NCBI RefSeq assembly: GCF_963921235.1
Contig: NC_086108.1
Span: forward strand, 59,770,001 to 59,834,000
Direction of reading: 5' to 3'
Length of the DNA: 64,000 bases
Source: Mobula hypostoma
Taxonomy: Eukaryota
In this document: positions 50,760-62,715 of the stretch, in pieces
Numbering within the stretch: the first letter of the stretch is position 1
Layout: each line of letters starts with the position of its first letter
Notes under the pieces: generated by a model
Databases searched by the model: none
Told to the model about the DNA's origin: nothing
Seen by the model: only the letters and a program-made list of their open reading frames with translations
Position numbers and translations under genes: made by a program

Positions 50760-52945
50760 GATTTTGGGTCATTTGGGTGTACTCCTGCTACCTGCATACA
50801 GTCAGAGCCTAAAGAGCAAGTCACCAGAGATCAAGGCAACCAAGAGGTGGCTGTGGGAGGCTGAGGAATGGTTACAGGATTGCCTCGAGTCAGTGGACTG
50901 GAACATGTTCAAGAACTCATCTGAAGATCTGAATGCCTACACCAGGGTTGTTACAGACTTTTTAAAACAGCCGTGGATGAGTGTGTCCCCACAAAATCTT
51001 TCAGGAGTTTTCCCCAATCAGAAGCCCTGGATGAACAATGAAATCTGGAACTTGCCGAGAGCCAGATCAGAGACGTCCAAGTCTGGAGATCAAGAATGCT
51101 ACAAGAGGTGCAGTTATGATCTCTGAAAAGCCAGTTCTCAGATGAAGTGAAGATTCTGGACTTGACTGGAATCAATGAGAGATGCTGGACAGCTGTGGCA
51201 GGGTTTGAATACCTTAACCTGCAACAAAACTAAATTTTGCAACATCAGGGACAGCAGAGCTTCGCTTCCAGATGAGCACAATGCCTTCCATGCTCACTTT
51301 GACCACCAGAACAGGGAGGAACCATCGCGCACCCCCATGACTTCTGATAATCCTTTGGTCTCAGTATCTGCAGATGACGTGTGGGCTGCTTCAAGAGAGT
51401 GAATCCAAGGAAAGCACCCAGTCCAGATGAAGTACCTGGCTGAGTACTGAAGACTTGTGCTGACCAACTGGCTGGTATGTTCATGGATATCTTCAACCTC
51501 TCACTCCAAATGTGTGTGGTACCCATCTGCTTCAAGCCGGCTTCAATCGTACCAGTGCCCAAGAAGAATGCGGTAACCTGTCTAACTATTGCCCAGTGGC
51601 ACTTAGCTTGACAGTGATGAATTGTTTTGTGTGGCTGAAGTTGAAGCCGTTCCCGTCTGACTGGCGACTTGGATCAGCTCCAGTTTACATACTGAGGCAG
51701 CAGGTCTGCAGCAGATGCCATCTCATTGGCTCGTCACACAACCCTGGAACATCTGGACAGCAAAGATGCAAACATCAGGATGCTCTTTATTGATTACAGC
51801 TCAGCATTCAACACCATCATCCCCTCAAAACTAATCAGCAAAGTCCAAGACCTTGGCCTCAATACTCCGTTGTGCTATTGGATCTTGGATCTCCTCACTT
51901 GTAGACCCCAGTCAGTTCAGAATGGCAAGAACATCTCCTCCACAAACTCCATCAGCACAGGAGCACCGCAGGGACATGTGCTAAGCGCCCTGCTCTACTT
52001 GCTTTGCACCTGTGACTGTGTGGTTAAGTACAGCTCCAAAACCATGTACAAACTTGCTGACGACAGCACTGTTGTGGGTTGTATTAAAGGAGATGATGAA
52101 TTCGCATACAGGAGGGAGATTGAAAACTTTGCTGAGTGGTTTAATAACAACAATAAGACCAAGGAACTGATTGTAGAATTCAGGGGAGGGAAACCAGAGA
52201 TCTATGAGCCAGTAATCATCAGAAGATCAGAGGTGGAGAGAGTCAGTAACTTTAAATTTCTGGATGATCTCAGAGGACCTGTCCTGGACCCATCATATAA
52301 ATATTGTTGTGAAGTAACCACGATTGTACCTCTACTTCCTCAGCAGTCTGTGGAGGTTCAGTATGTCATCAAAAACCTTGGCAAATTTCTATAGATATGT
52401 GGCAGAAAGTGTGCTGACTGGCTGCTTTACAGCCTGGTATGGGAACACCAATGCCTTTGAGTAGAAAATCCCACAAAAGGTAATGGATTCAGCCCAGTAC
52501 ATCACAGGTAAAACCTTCCCAAACATTGAACACATCCGCATGAAACATTGCTGTAGAAAAGCAGCATCCAACATCAAAGATCCTCACCACCCAGGCCATG
52601 CTCTTTCCTCGCTGCTGCCATCAGGTGGAAGGTACAAGTGGCTCAGGACTCACACCACTGGGTTCAAGAACAGTTACTACCCCTCAACCATCAGGTTCTT
52701 GAACAAAAGGGGATAGCTACACTCATTTAAGGGCTCTGTTTTGTTGTTATTTCCTGCTCGTTATTTATTGCAATTTATTTATTTCTGCATTTGCATAGTT
52801 TGTTTGTTTATAGTTTACAGTTCCTGATGTTTTCAGTTTACAGTTACTATTCTATGGATTTCTAAGTGTGTCCGTGAAAACAGAATCTCAGGGTTGTTTG
52901 TGGTGACATGTATGTACTCTGATAATAAATTTTACTTTGAACTTT
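50760..52945 (+). mobile_element. Rex1/Babar LINE (end of endonuclease to tail), decayed
   Basis: [35 protein letters not shown] and FKNSYYPSTIRFLN motifs, with an (actttga)n tail. Confidence 0.9.
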
Positions 52946-53171
52946 GATCGTTGAGGTCTGTGACACAGGGCAGTGATAGTTTAGGCTGGTGACCATCACC
53001 TCCTTTGGCACCAGAATCATGGTGGCTGCCTTGAATCCTGCAGGCACAGTGGATTGTTTCAGAGAGATATTCAAAAATGACCATGAAGGTCTCTTTTAAC
53101 TGGGTCCCACAATCTCTCAGCACCTGACCAGATATGTTGTCCAGCCCCGCAGCTTTGTGTGGGTCCTGGGG

Positions 53172-53450
53172 AGACAGCAGTGGGAATTGAACCATGATCT
53201 TACAGCTGGTTGTCCCCCTTTATGGCTCAATAATATCAGCGCTGGACTCTGGAGCAAAGGTTCCTGAGTTCGAATCCAAGTCGGATTGAGTGTCAAGCTA
53301 GCAACCCGGCCTCGTAAAAACAAGAATAGCTTGCTACAGAAACACCATCATGACGGTGCCCCGATAACCCCACTGCCGAGTTAAGGGCTATTCTTCTTCT
53401 TCTTACAGCTGATGCTGTGAAGCATTACGTTAGTCACTACATTATCATGC
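53172..53450 (-). mobile_element. tRNA-derived SINE head (host of the SINE below)
   Basis: Minus-strand B box ggttcaattccc at 53182-53193 and A-box-like tagtgactaac at ~53428-53438. Confidence 0.55.
53209..53400 (+). mobile_element. tRNA-headed SINE with RTE-like body, (ttc)n tail and 11-bp TSD
   Basis: A box tggctcaataa (53223), B box gagttcgaatcc (53266), RTE-5'UTR-like gctagcaacccggcctcgtaaaa. TSD tcttacagctg at 53198-53208 and 53401-53411. Confidence 0.8.
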
Positions 53451-54416
53451 AACCCCCAGGTCAATGCATATTCCCTTTCCTCTGGACTTCCTTAGGCATC
53501 AAGTATTTATCAAAGAACCTTATGCTTTAGGCTTCCCCATCAATGAGCTCTTCTGAATCCACCAGAGCAAAGCTTTTGTGTGATTTCACCTTTTTTAGAG
53601 CTGGCACTCTGCTATTCTTATCTTCTTCTCTGGCTGAGGGCCATTGTTTTGTGGAAACTCAACATATTAAAAGTCCTATTATAATTGATGTCAATATCTG
53701 ATTCAGTAACCATGAACATTAAATTGAATAAAGACACATGTCTTCTTCATTCTTTTTTTGATCTTCCACCATTACCTGCCCAGGATTTAAGAGGTACATC
53801 TGCAGTTTGCAAGTCAGACAATGCCAGAGGTAATAATTGAGAGGGGGCTTTGAGTATACAGATACTGTCACCTGCTGTCCCTTTCCCCGTCATTGGTTTG
53901 CACCTTTGATGACAATGTGAGGGAGATGACAAAGGCACACCTGAACCACTATGTTAGCTGCTACAATCTGTAATAATGCCCCAGTTTAACCTGCAATAAT
54001 GAAGGAAATGCATTACTGTGTAACACACAATGTGTTTTGATGATGTGTTTGCCATGATTAATTAGCTGGTTACATGTGCAAGGTGTGAGAAGTGATGTGA
54101 AGCTTTAAATTGATGTTAAGTGCGAGACAATGATGCATCACATAAATTATGTATATCATTCCCTAATGATATGCGTCCCAAATGTAGGAAGATGACTTGT
54201 CAGGGTATGTGGTATTGAGCTGTACCTTGGGTTGGTGGAATTTGGCATGAGGGCTCACTAGCCCTGATTTTACAAGCACTGCCTTTGATGCCCTACAACT
54301 CTGATTCTGGACTGGATTTTTTGACGTTTGATTGTCATAGATATAGCCTTCAACTTCCTTTGCAGTGAGGCTAGAGAGTCTCCTGGCCAGTGTAGAATCA
54401 GGACATTCACAAGACT

Positions 54417-55345
54417 AAGTTCAAAGTTCAAAGTAAATTTATTATTGAATATATGACCCTGAGATTTATTTTCTTGTGGGCATTCACAGTAAATACAAAG
54501 AAATACTGTAGAGTCAGTGAAAAAGCACACACGAGACAGACAAACAATGATGTGCAAAAGACAACAAAAACTGGGCAAATACAAAAGAGAAAATAAATAA
54601 CTAAGTACATAGACGATAAATATGGAGAATATAGATGAATTTACTTGAAAGAGAGTCCATGGAACTGGGAACAGTTCAGTGTTGAGGTGAGTGAAGTTGA
54701 GTTATGATATCCCCTTTGATTCAAAAGTCTGATGTCTGATGAGTAATGACTGTTTCTGAACCTGGTAGTGTGGGTCCTGGGGCTCCTGTACTTCTTTCCT
54801 GATGGCAGCATTGAGAAGAGAGTATGGCCTGGATGGTGGGGGTCCTTGATGATGAATACTGCTTTCCTGTGACAGTGCTCCTTGTAGATGTGCTCAGTGA
54901 TGGGAAGAGCTTTATGCGTGATGAACTGGGCTAAATCTACTATTTTTTTCTAGGCTCTTTCATTCAAGGGCATTGTCGTTTCCATACCAGACCACAATAA
55001 AACCAGTCAATATACTCTCCACCGAACATCTATAGATGTTTGTTAGTGATTTTGATGACATGTCGAATCTTCACAAACTTCTGAGAAAGTAAAGGCTCTG
55101 CCAAGCTTTCTTCATGAAAGGTACTTCCATGCTAGACCCAGACAGATCCGCTGAAATGATAACACTGAGGAATTTAAAGTTGTTGACCCTCTCCATCTCT
55201 GATCCCCTGAGTCCTCCGGTTTCCTCCTCCTGTAGTCAATAATCAGCTCTTCGGTTTTGCTGACATTGAGTGACAGGTTCTTGTTGTGGCACCATTCCGA
55301 GCCAGATTTTCAATCTCCGTCATACATACTGACTCATCACTACCT
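54417..55345 (-). mobile_element. Decayed Rex1/Babar 3' fragment
   Basis: (aagttca)n tail and antisense RT C-terminal remnants (ttccataccag, gctgacattgag). Confidence 0.75.
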
Positions 55346-56032
55346 TAACATGCCAGTGCAGTGGAAACTATAGTTAGCGTCCGTCCTCTCCCACTCCGAT
55401 TGTCTCTCAGTTCGTACTGTGGTGCAGAACACCTGTCTCCACTCACTGGAGCTGCAGACAACCCTTTGAAGAAAAGCAGATTGTATTTAAATATCACAGG
55501 CATGCTTTAAGTGAAATTGGCCTCTCAGGGTCGTGACATAATGATGAGATTAGAAGCTACAGAAAGCATTCTTAGTGCAGTCTGCTCACACCAATTATGT
55601 AACTAAGCAGGCAGCACAAAGTTACTGTGTTGTCTGCAGCAGAAGCAATGGGGAAGAGGGTTAATCATGCATTGCAATTATCAAGTCTGCTTTCAGGAAC
55701 CTTCCAAGTAAACCCTCCTAAGGGAATTCTCTTTGCAATAAATAATTGAGTCTATAAGAAATGTATTTAACAGCAATCAAGCAGCTGTTATGTGGACAAA
55801 CAGTCTCTTAGAGCAAAGACTTCAGGTGTAGCAGCAGTCCAAACTTGTGGTAGCATATGTTTCTGTTAGTATCACCTGCTCAGGATATTGCTGCCATTTT
55901 TAAACAGAGACTATGGACAAAAGCCTAGGCCCTTCTTTAATCTTTTTCACTAGGAGTTTGCACCTCCTTACAAACATTACAATGTCTCCCAATGTCTTGC
56001 AACAATTGTATGTAGGACATACTAGATAAAGC

Positions 56033-56893
56033 TGTTACGTAAACGATGAATATCAATCGAGACAGGTTATATAAAAACAACCAAACATTTATTAAACACG
56101 TATAAACGATGAGAGAAAAAAAAGGAAAACTTTAACTGGAAGTTAACAGATAGGCAGCCGTTCACCGACTCGCCACTCGGCTCTGGTTCTTAAAGCGTTA
56201 AATGCAAAAACAGTTCTTAAAGCGATACAGTCAGATGTAGTTCTTAAAGCGACAACTTCAGAAGTCCAACAGTTTTACACATTCAATTGGGAGAGACTTC
56301 TCTGGAGAAGGATTGCTTCACAGATGCACTTTTACTGCCGGTTCTGTCCACAGGATTCACGATGCCGAAAATAAACAGTTTAAATCGCCTGACCTTAAAT
56401 TCCTTTAGAGAGAGAGAGCACCTTTTTGCATGAACTCCTTGCTCTTTCTGGCAAGAGTTATCTCGATGCAGGTACTCCTCCAACGAAGGCTCAATAAGGT
56501 CGATTCTTTATTAAACTGCCAAACGATGCCGACTTCTCTCGATCCTTTGATAAATTCTTCACTCTCCCTTCAACTGTTGGAATTGAGTAAATTGGCACAT
56601 TCAGCCTCAAATTTCCAGTCCAAATAATAAGGTATTTTGCAACAGAACGCACAACCGTTTTAAAAATAAAACTGCGTCACCAAAAACAAACATGCAACAG
56701 AAACGGAGATACAGCACGTTCTACCTGGAAATCTACAAACTCAAAAACCAACTGCGTCACCTGGGTCGACCTTTATATAGTCACGGGGCACATGTCATCA
56801 CGTGACCTCACATCGGTGGAAAAATCACATCAGGTGACCTCCAAAAGACCATTACATCATTGTCACAAAAAAGATCTCCTTGAGCATGTAACA
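56033..56893 (-). repeat. Solo LTR (861 bp)
   Basis: tgttac...gtaaca inverted ends, TSD aagc/aaac. Minus-strand TATA at ~56772-56779 and AATAAA at ~56088-56093. Three gttcttaaagcg repeats. Confidence 0.75.
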
Positions 56894-58593
56894 AAACTCA
56901 CAGAACATTTAATTTTTTTAAGTCTCATTTAATAAGATTTATTTTTAAAAAGTTATTGATTGCTTATTCTTCAGGTTGTAATGTTTCTAGTGTAATATCT
57001 TTTGAACTGTACCTGTTTTTAGCATTAAATTATAGCATTAAATCATGGTGGAAAGGGTGAAACCTTGCCCTGTTGGCTCTTAAGACTTTCTAGAAAAAAT
57101 ACAAGACGGGATTTGCTTTATTTTGTTTGGTATTTGAAGCCCAGAAAAGAATATTGGATGCAAAATATTAAATGTTATATGTAATTTAAGTGGTGGAAAT
57201 GGGGAGTTGGTGGGGGAGGGGGGTGGAACTGGTCTTTTTACTCATCTCCTAAATGGGATCATAAACCATATTTTTATTGGGTGCTTTTAATTGTCATTTG
57301 AAGTACCTTTAAATTGAATGGAAATGTAATACTGCTATTGATATTAAGTAACTGTGTGTAATTGTTATTGGATTATCTGTAAAACTGAAGAATTTAAACT
57401 CTCAATATAATGCAAAATACTGCAAATGCTGTAAATCTGAAATAAAAGTATGAAAAACTAGAAACTGACTGCAGATGAATCAATGCTAGAGCAAAGATAA
57501 CCTCTAGTTTCAGTGGGATGAGCGTCAGTCTGCAGCCCCACAACGAAAGGAAAAATCCTAACACTTTTTGGTGCTTGATATATTTGTTCAGATATTTGAG
57601 CCTTTAGGACTCCATTCACTAATTTTCACCAGGTTCAATAAAATATATAACAGACTTTGAGCCATTTCCATTTTCTCTATTTTTCCAATATCTCCTTAAA
57701 ATGCTGATCATTGCTAAGGTAATGATTCCTCAGATCAACACAGTGAAGGTCTATAGTCTCTGTAGCCATGCTCTGTCACATCACACCTCACCTTTGTCCT
57801 CACTCAAAGTCCAAACAATTTCAGAGAAAACCTCCAAATAAAAATCAGGTCAATTTTTCTTGTTCAGAATATCTGAAGTCTTCAGTAGCTCCTAATTGGA
57901 GCTTTAATGAGGTCAATTATCTCAGACCAGAGCGAATCTAACAAGTCTTTCTGCATACTCTATGTACTGGAGTCTGATTCTTTGTTGTGGAAGCAATTTA
58001 GGATTTGTTGCTGTTTATAATTTCTATTTGCATATTTAAATGAAGGTAACTCATCTGGTACCATTAATTAAATCCCAATATCTCCAAAGAACCAAAACTG
58101 CCATGAATCAATGTGAACAAGCGAGTGTCATCCATTTTCTAAAATGGTTCTGATTTTTAATTGATCTCTAGTTTCTGTACTCCATGAAGTCTCTGCAGAA
58201 CAATGACAGTAATTGGATTTCTAATGATATTCAAAGTGCTGCTAGAATTATACTGGCTTTCAGTATCAGATGAGCTTTTGTCAGGTAAGAAATGGAAAAT
58301 TGTGTCATTGCAATTTAAATTTAAGTGGATAATGTCAGAATGTTCTGTCATTATAGTCACTGTGACTGTTTTGCTTTACATCTAATTTTATTTTGTACGT
58401 ATTTAAACCCAGCTTAATTAAATTTGGCCTAAATCATTTAAAAAAAGGTTGAAATCTGAGGACTTCCTAGATCCCTAATGTAAATAGCACTTCTAAACTG
58501 CATGACTCAAAGGAGCCTAATCTCACCTAAACCCTTAAATTCCCATAATGTTGGCCTGATATTCAATCTACCATGCCCCCACCTCAACACCTC

Positions 58594-58641
58594 AACACAC
58601 ACACACACACAGACACACACACAAACACACACACACTCACA
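58594..58641. repeat. Imperfect (CA)n microsatellite
   Basis: Direct reading of the sequence. Confidence 0.9.
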
Positions 58642-58689
58642 CCTCATGCCAGAATGGATTGAATCTCAGAAAATGATGGGTCAGAGTAC

Positions 58690-59410
58690 AGGAAAGAGAC
58701 AGAGAGTCTATTGAAATGGTGTCATAACAACATTTCCCTCAATGTCATTAACTTCAGGAAGGGGAGAAGTGCACATACTTCTTTACATCAACCATGCTGA
58801 GGTTGACCTTCAAATTCCTTGAAGTAAACACCACGAGCAGTCATTCCTGGTCCAACCACACAGACTCCAAAGCCAAGAAAGTGGAAGATTTCTATCTATC
58901 CAGATGCATCATGGCTTGGTATGGCAACTACTCTGTATGACGGCAAGGAACTGCAGAGAGTTGTGGACACAACTCATCAGATGACGAAAAACCAGGCTCC
59001 ACTCTCATGGACTCTTCTCACTGCTTTGGTAAAGCAGCCAACCTAATCAAAAATCCCATTCAACCAGGACATTCTTTCTTCTCCCGTCCCACTGGGCAGA
59101 AGATACCTGAAAGAATGTACCACTAGGTTCAAGTATATCTTCTATCCTATTGTTATAGGTCTATTGATTGGGCCCTAGTACAATAAGATTGACTTTTGAC
59201 TTCACAATCTCCCTTGGTATCATATCACACATTATTTCTGCCTGCAAAGCACTTGCTTTGTAACAAAAATACTTCATACTACATTCTCTTATTGTTTCCC
59301 CTTGTTCTACCTCAATACTTTGTAATGAAATTTTCTGTGTGAATTATGTGAAAAATAAAGCTTTTCATTGTACCTCAGCACGTGCGACAAAGATAAACCA
59401 CTTTACCAAT
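58690..59410 (+). mobile_element. Highly decayed Rex1/Babar 3' fragment
   Basis: tggtgtcataacaac, gcttggtatggcaac and ctgcagagagttgtggac remnants. Confidence 0.65.
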
Positions 59411-60942
59411 TTACCCCCAAGAAGCAAAGGAACAACGAGAACAAGACATATTTCTAAACGTGTCCAAGCAGAAGGACTGAGCCAACACTTGAGAGAGGGA
59501 CAGAAATGGCTATTTCTAAAGCAGGTAAAAGGCGGTAACCCTTAATAGATGAGAAAGTGTACCAGGCCCAAATTTTAGAATGTGACAGCGGTACAATACT
59601 ATGTGATGGAAGAGAACTCCACTTGGGACGATCAGGTCATGCATATGAATTGGTTGTGCCAGAGAGTGCAGAGAAAAATAGTGCACACAGTAAAACTGGC
59701 AAAGAGTCTTCAAAATGAAATGTTAATTCTGCTCCCTTCACAGATGCTGCCCAACCTGATGAGTGTTTCCAGCATTTTCTTCTTTTGTGCTTCAGATTTT
59801 CAGCAACTGAAGTTTTGTTTTTGATCTTTTTCACACAAAAGCTCAGCCGATGTGCATTTCATTTACTTGGTTTATTTATCTGCCCTGACTATTTTATTCT
59901 GTACAAGCGAGCAGGTGGAAAAAGCTGGAGGGGATGTGATTTTACATAAGTCAGGTCACAGTGATATCATTAGAACGTAGCTGCAATTTCCATTTAGCAG
60001 TGTGAAAGCCAATTCTTCCACATTAATCCAACAAGCAAATGGATTAGAGCGAGAAGAGTTATGGAAAAGTAAGTAGATTTTCTTTAACTTGGTTTCTAGG
60101 AGAAACAGAAGCCTTCTCCTGGGTACCATCAGCAGTCGTTATATATACAAGAGGTGAAAGGGAAAAGAATCCCTTCAATGAATTCACTTTTTCACAGAGT
60201 CTCAGGGCTCCAGAATTCCTTTCTTTTCTGAGCCCCTGCTTCCTTCTAGAATATATTTTCTATAAGTCAATCTCACTGTTAGATAATTATGACCTAATCA
60301 TTTATCTTGAGAAAAACTTTGCTTTCAGTTTACCTCAGAGCATTTGTCTAAGCTTTAGTGTGAAACAAGGTTATCCTTCCATCAAGGGAGTTCAGAGAAG
60401 ATTCATCAGACGAGCTGCTGATACAAGTGTTCGTCATCTTGAGAGTGCTGAATAGACCTGTCCTGTATTCTCTAGCATTTACAAAAGTGAGATGAGATCC
60501 CATTGCTTTGTAGAGTGTTACAGCTCAGAAACGGACTCTCCATCCCAACTTCTCCATGTTGACTAGGATGCCTACTCCAGATAATCCCATTTGTATACAT
60601 TTGGACCACATCCCTCTAAACTTTTCCTATCCACCTACCTGTCCAAATGCTGTAATTTTATCTCTCTGCACCACTTCCTCTTGAAGCTTGCTCTATCGAC
60701 TCAATACCCTCAGAATGAAAAACTCACCCTTCACATCCCCTTTAAATCTTTCCTTTCTCACCTTAAATCTATGTCTGTTAATTTTGGATCCTTCTATCCT
60801 GGGAAAGATAAACTCTAACAATGTACCCAATTTATGCCTCTCATTATATTATAAACTTCTATAGTCTCACCACTCAACCACCATCATTCCAAGGATCCAT
60901 TCAGCCCATTAAATGTGCTCTGCCATTCTGTCATAGCTGACT

Positions 60943-61308
60943 CTCTGACGGTGGTGTCTGAACAGAGATGTTGTCCAAGTTGCATGCCTCCTTGGACAAT
61001 GTCTCCCATCCACTACATAATGTACTGGTTGGGCACAGGAGTACATTCAGCCAGAGACTCATTCCACCGAGATGCAACACTGAGCGTCATAGGAAGTCAT
61101 TCCTGCCTGTGACCATCAAACTTTACAACTCACTCTGAGTCAATAGGCTGATCCTGGACTTATTTCCTGGCATAATTTACATATTACTATTTAATTATTT
61201 ATGGTTTTATATTGCTATATTTATACACTATTCTTGGTTGGGGCAACTGTAACGAAAATCAATTTCCCTCAGGGTCAATAAAGTATGACTACGACTATGA
61301 CTATGACT
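60943..61308 (+). mobile_element. Rex-type LINE 3' end with (tatgac)n tail
   Basis: cattcctgcctgtgaccatcaaactttacaac (SFLPVTIKLYN) and aataaagtatgactacgactatgactatgact. Confidence 0.7.
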
Positions 61309-61476
61309 GTTATCCCTCTCAACCCATTCCCCTGTCTTCTCCCATTCAAAGCCCTTAATAATCAAAAAAAAAATGCCAACTTCAGTTTTAAATAAACCCA
61401 ATGACTTGATCTCCACAGCCAACTGTGGCAATATTCCACAGCTACACCACTCTCTGGCTAAAGAAATTCCTCTTCA

Positions 61477-61704
61477 CACATCAAAGTTGCTGGTGAACGC
61501 AGCAGGCCAGGCAGCATCTATAGGAAGAGGCGCAGTCGACGTTTCAGGCCGAGACCCTTCGTCAGGACAAGTAGAAGGGTCTCGGCCTGAAACGTCGACT
61601 GCGCCTCTTCCTATAGATGCTGCCTGGCCTGCTGCGTTCACCAGCAACTTTGATGTGTGTTGCTTGAATTTCCAGCATCTGCAGAATTCCTGTTGTTTGC
61701 GTTT
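61477..61704. mobile_element. 228-bp non-coding PLE-derived hairpin element with hammerhead ribozyme and 13-bp TSD
   Basis: Perfect 86-bp inverted arms (61475-61560 and 61574-61659) with a 13-nt loop. TSD aaattcctcttca at 61464-61476 and 61705-61717. Same sequence family as 12480-12600. Confidence 0.92.
61538..61568 (-). ncRNA. Minimal type I hammerhead ribozyme with consensus core
   Basis: The minus strand reads gtc-CTGACGA-agg(gtctcgg)cct-GAAA-cGTC and continues gac. It has a palindromic ACGT stem III and a GUC cleavage triplet. Confidence 0.82.
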
Positions 61705-62715
61705 AAATTCCTCTTCATATCTATTCTAAAGGGACATCCCTCTATTCTGAGGCTATGCCTTCTGATCCTACATTCTTCCACTATAGGAAGCATCCTCTCC
61801 ACATCCACGTTATCTAACCCCTTCAATATTCAATAAGTTTCAGATAGGTTTCAATAGGTTTCCCTTTCATTCCTCTAAACTCCAGTGAATACAGGCCAAG
61901 AGACATCAAATGCTCCTCATGTACCCGTACCCTGTAGGCTCTCTATTCCCCTAGGGTTCTATGTCCTGGTCTGTTTAACTTTCCAAATGCATCAAGTTGC
62001 ACTGGTCTGAGTTAAATTCCATCAGCATTTGTTTGCACACCATCTCTATTAAATTTCCACACCTTTTCTTAGACTTAATGGTGAGGTGCCTGGGAGATGT
62101 TTTCACAGGCTGGGGAATCTGAATTGAAGATTCACAGTCTCAGATAAAGAGGTAAATCATTTACTACTGGGATGAGAAATTTCACCATCCAAAGGGTCGG
62201 GGAGTATCAGTCTTTGGATTCATTAAATAGGAATTTATTCAATTTTGGATATTAAAAGAATCAAGGAATATGGAAACAGCAGAAGAAAATAGCACTAAGG
62301 TAGAATATCAAACATATTCTTGAACAGCAAGCTGAGCACTTTTGAAAAGGCAAATGGACTACTTCAATGATCAAGTTTTGTATTTTTGTTTCAACCCACC
62401 CGTGTAGAGCTTCACACTGATGTAAATCAGAAATTCTACACAAAATGCTTCTTCTATTAATTTTAATTTGTTCACAGGTATGGCCAATGTCTTTGGAGCA
62501 ATTAAGCTGATGTTGTAGAGTTACATTGTAATTGATTAAACAGTTGATGCTAAAAGACTCAGATCACTCCCGTTATATGAGCAACTAAATGAATCTCTTT
62601 CTATTAACAAATAGAAGGGAAATAATTTGCTAACTGTAAATCCGGAAGTTATTTCCCTGGAAGCATTTCCCTCTTGACGAGCAGCTTTTGAAATGACATA
62701 ATGTCCATTTATCAC

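Larger units (their letters stand above)
49220..53170 (-). mobile_element. Decayed Rex1/Babar LINE split by a solo LTR and by a plus-strand Rex element
   Basis: (ttcaag)n tail at 49220-49240. RT remnants at 49585-50759 (MKCF, VLFINFS) continue at 52946-53170 (KAAGLDNISGQVLRDC). Confidence 0.75.
61309..61922 (-). mobile_element. CR1 3' fragment hosting the hairpin element
   Basis: ORF 61638..61826 MKGLDNVDVERMLP..HSLRIEG; CR1 3' UTR on the minus strand. Confidence 0.8.

Noticed and set aside
53209..53280. Possible genuine tRNA gene
   Set aside because: The cloverleaf is incomplete, and it has a SINE body, a (ttc)n tail and a TSD.
56183..56252. Three gttcttaaagcg repeats at 27-bp spacing, superficially CRISPR-like
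   Set aside because: The repeats are only 12 bp, lie inside an LTR in a eukaryotic genome, and have no cas genes nearby.
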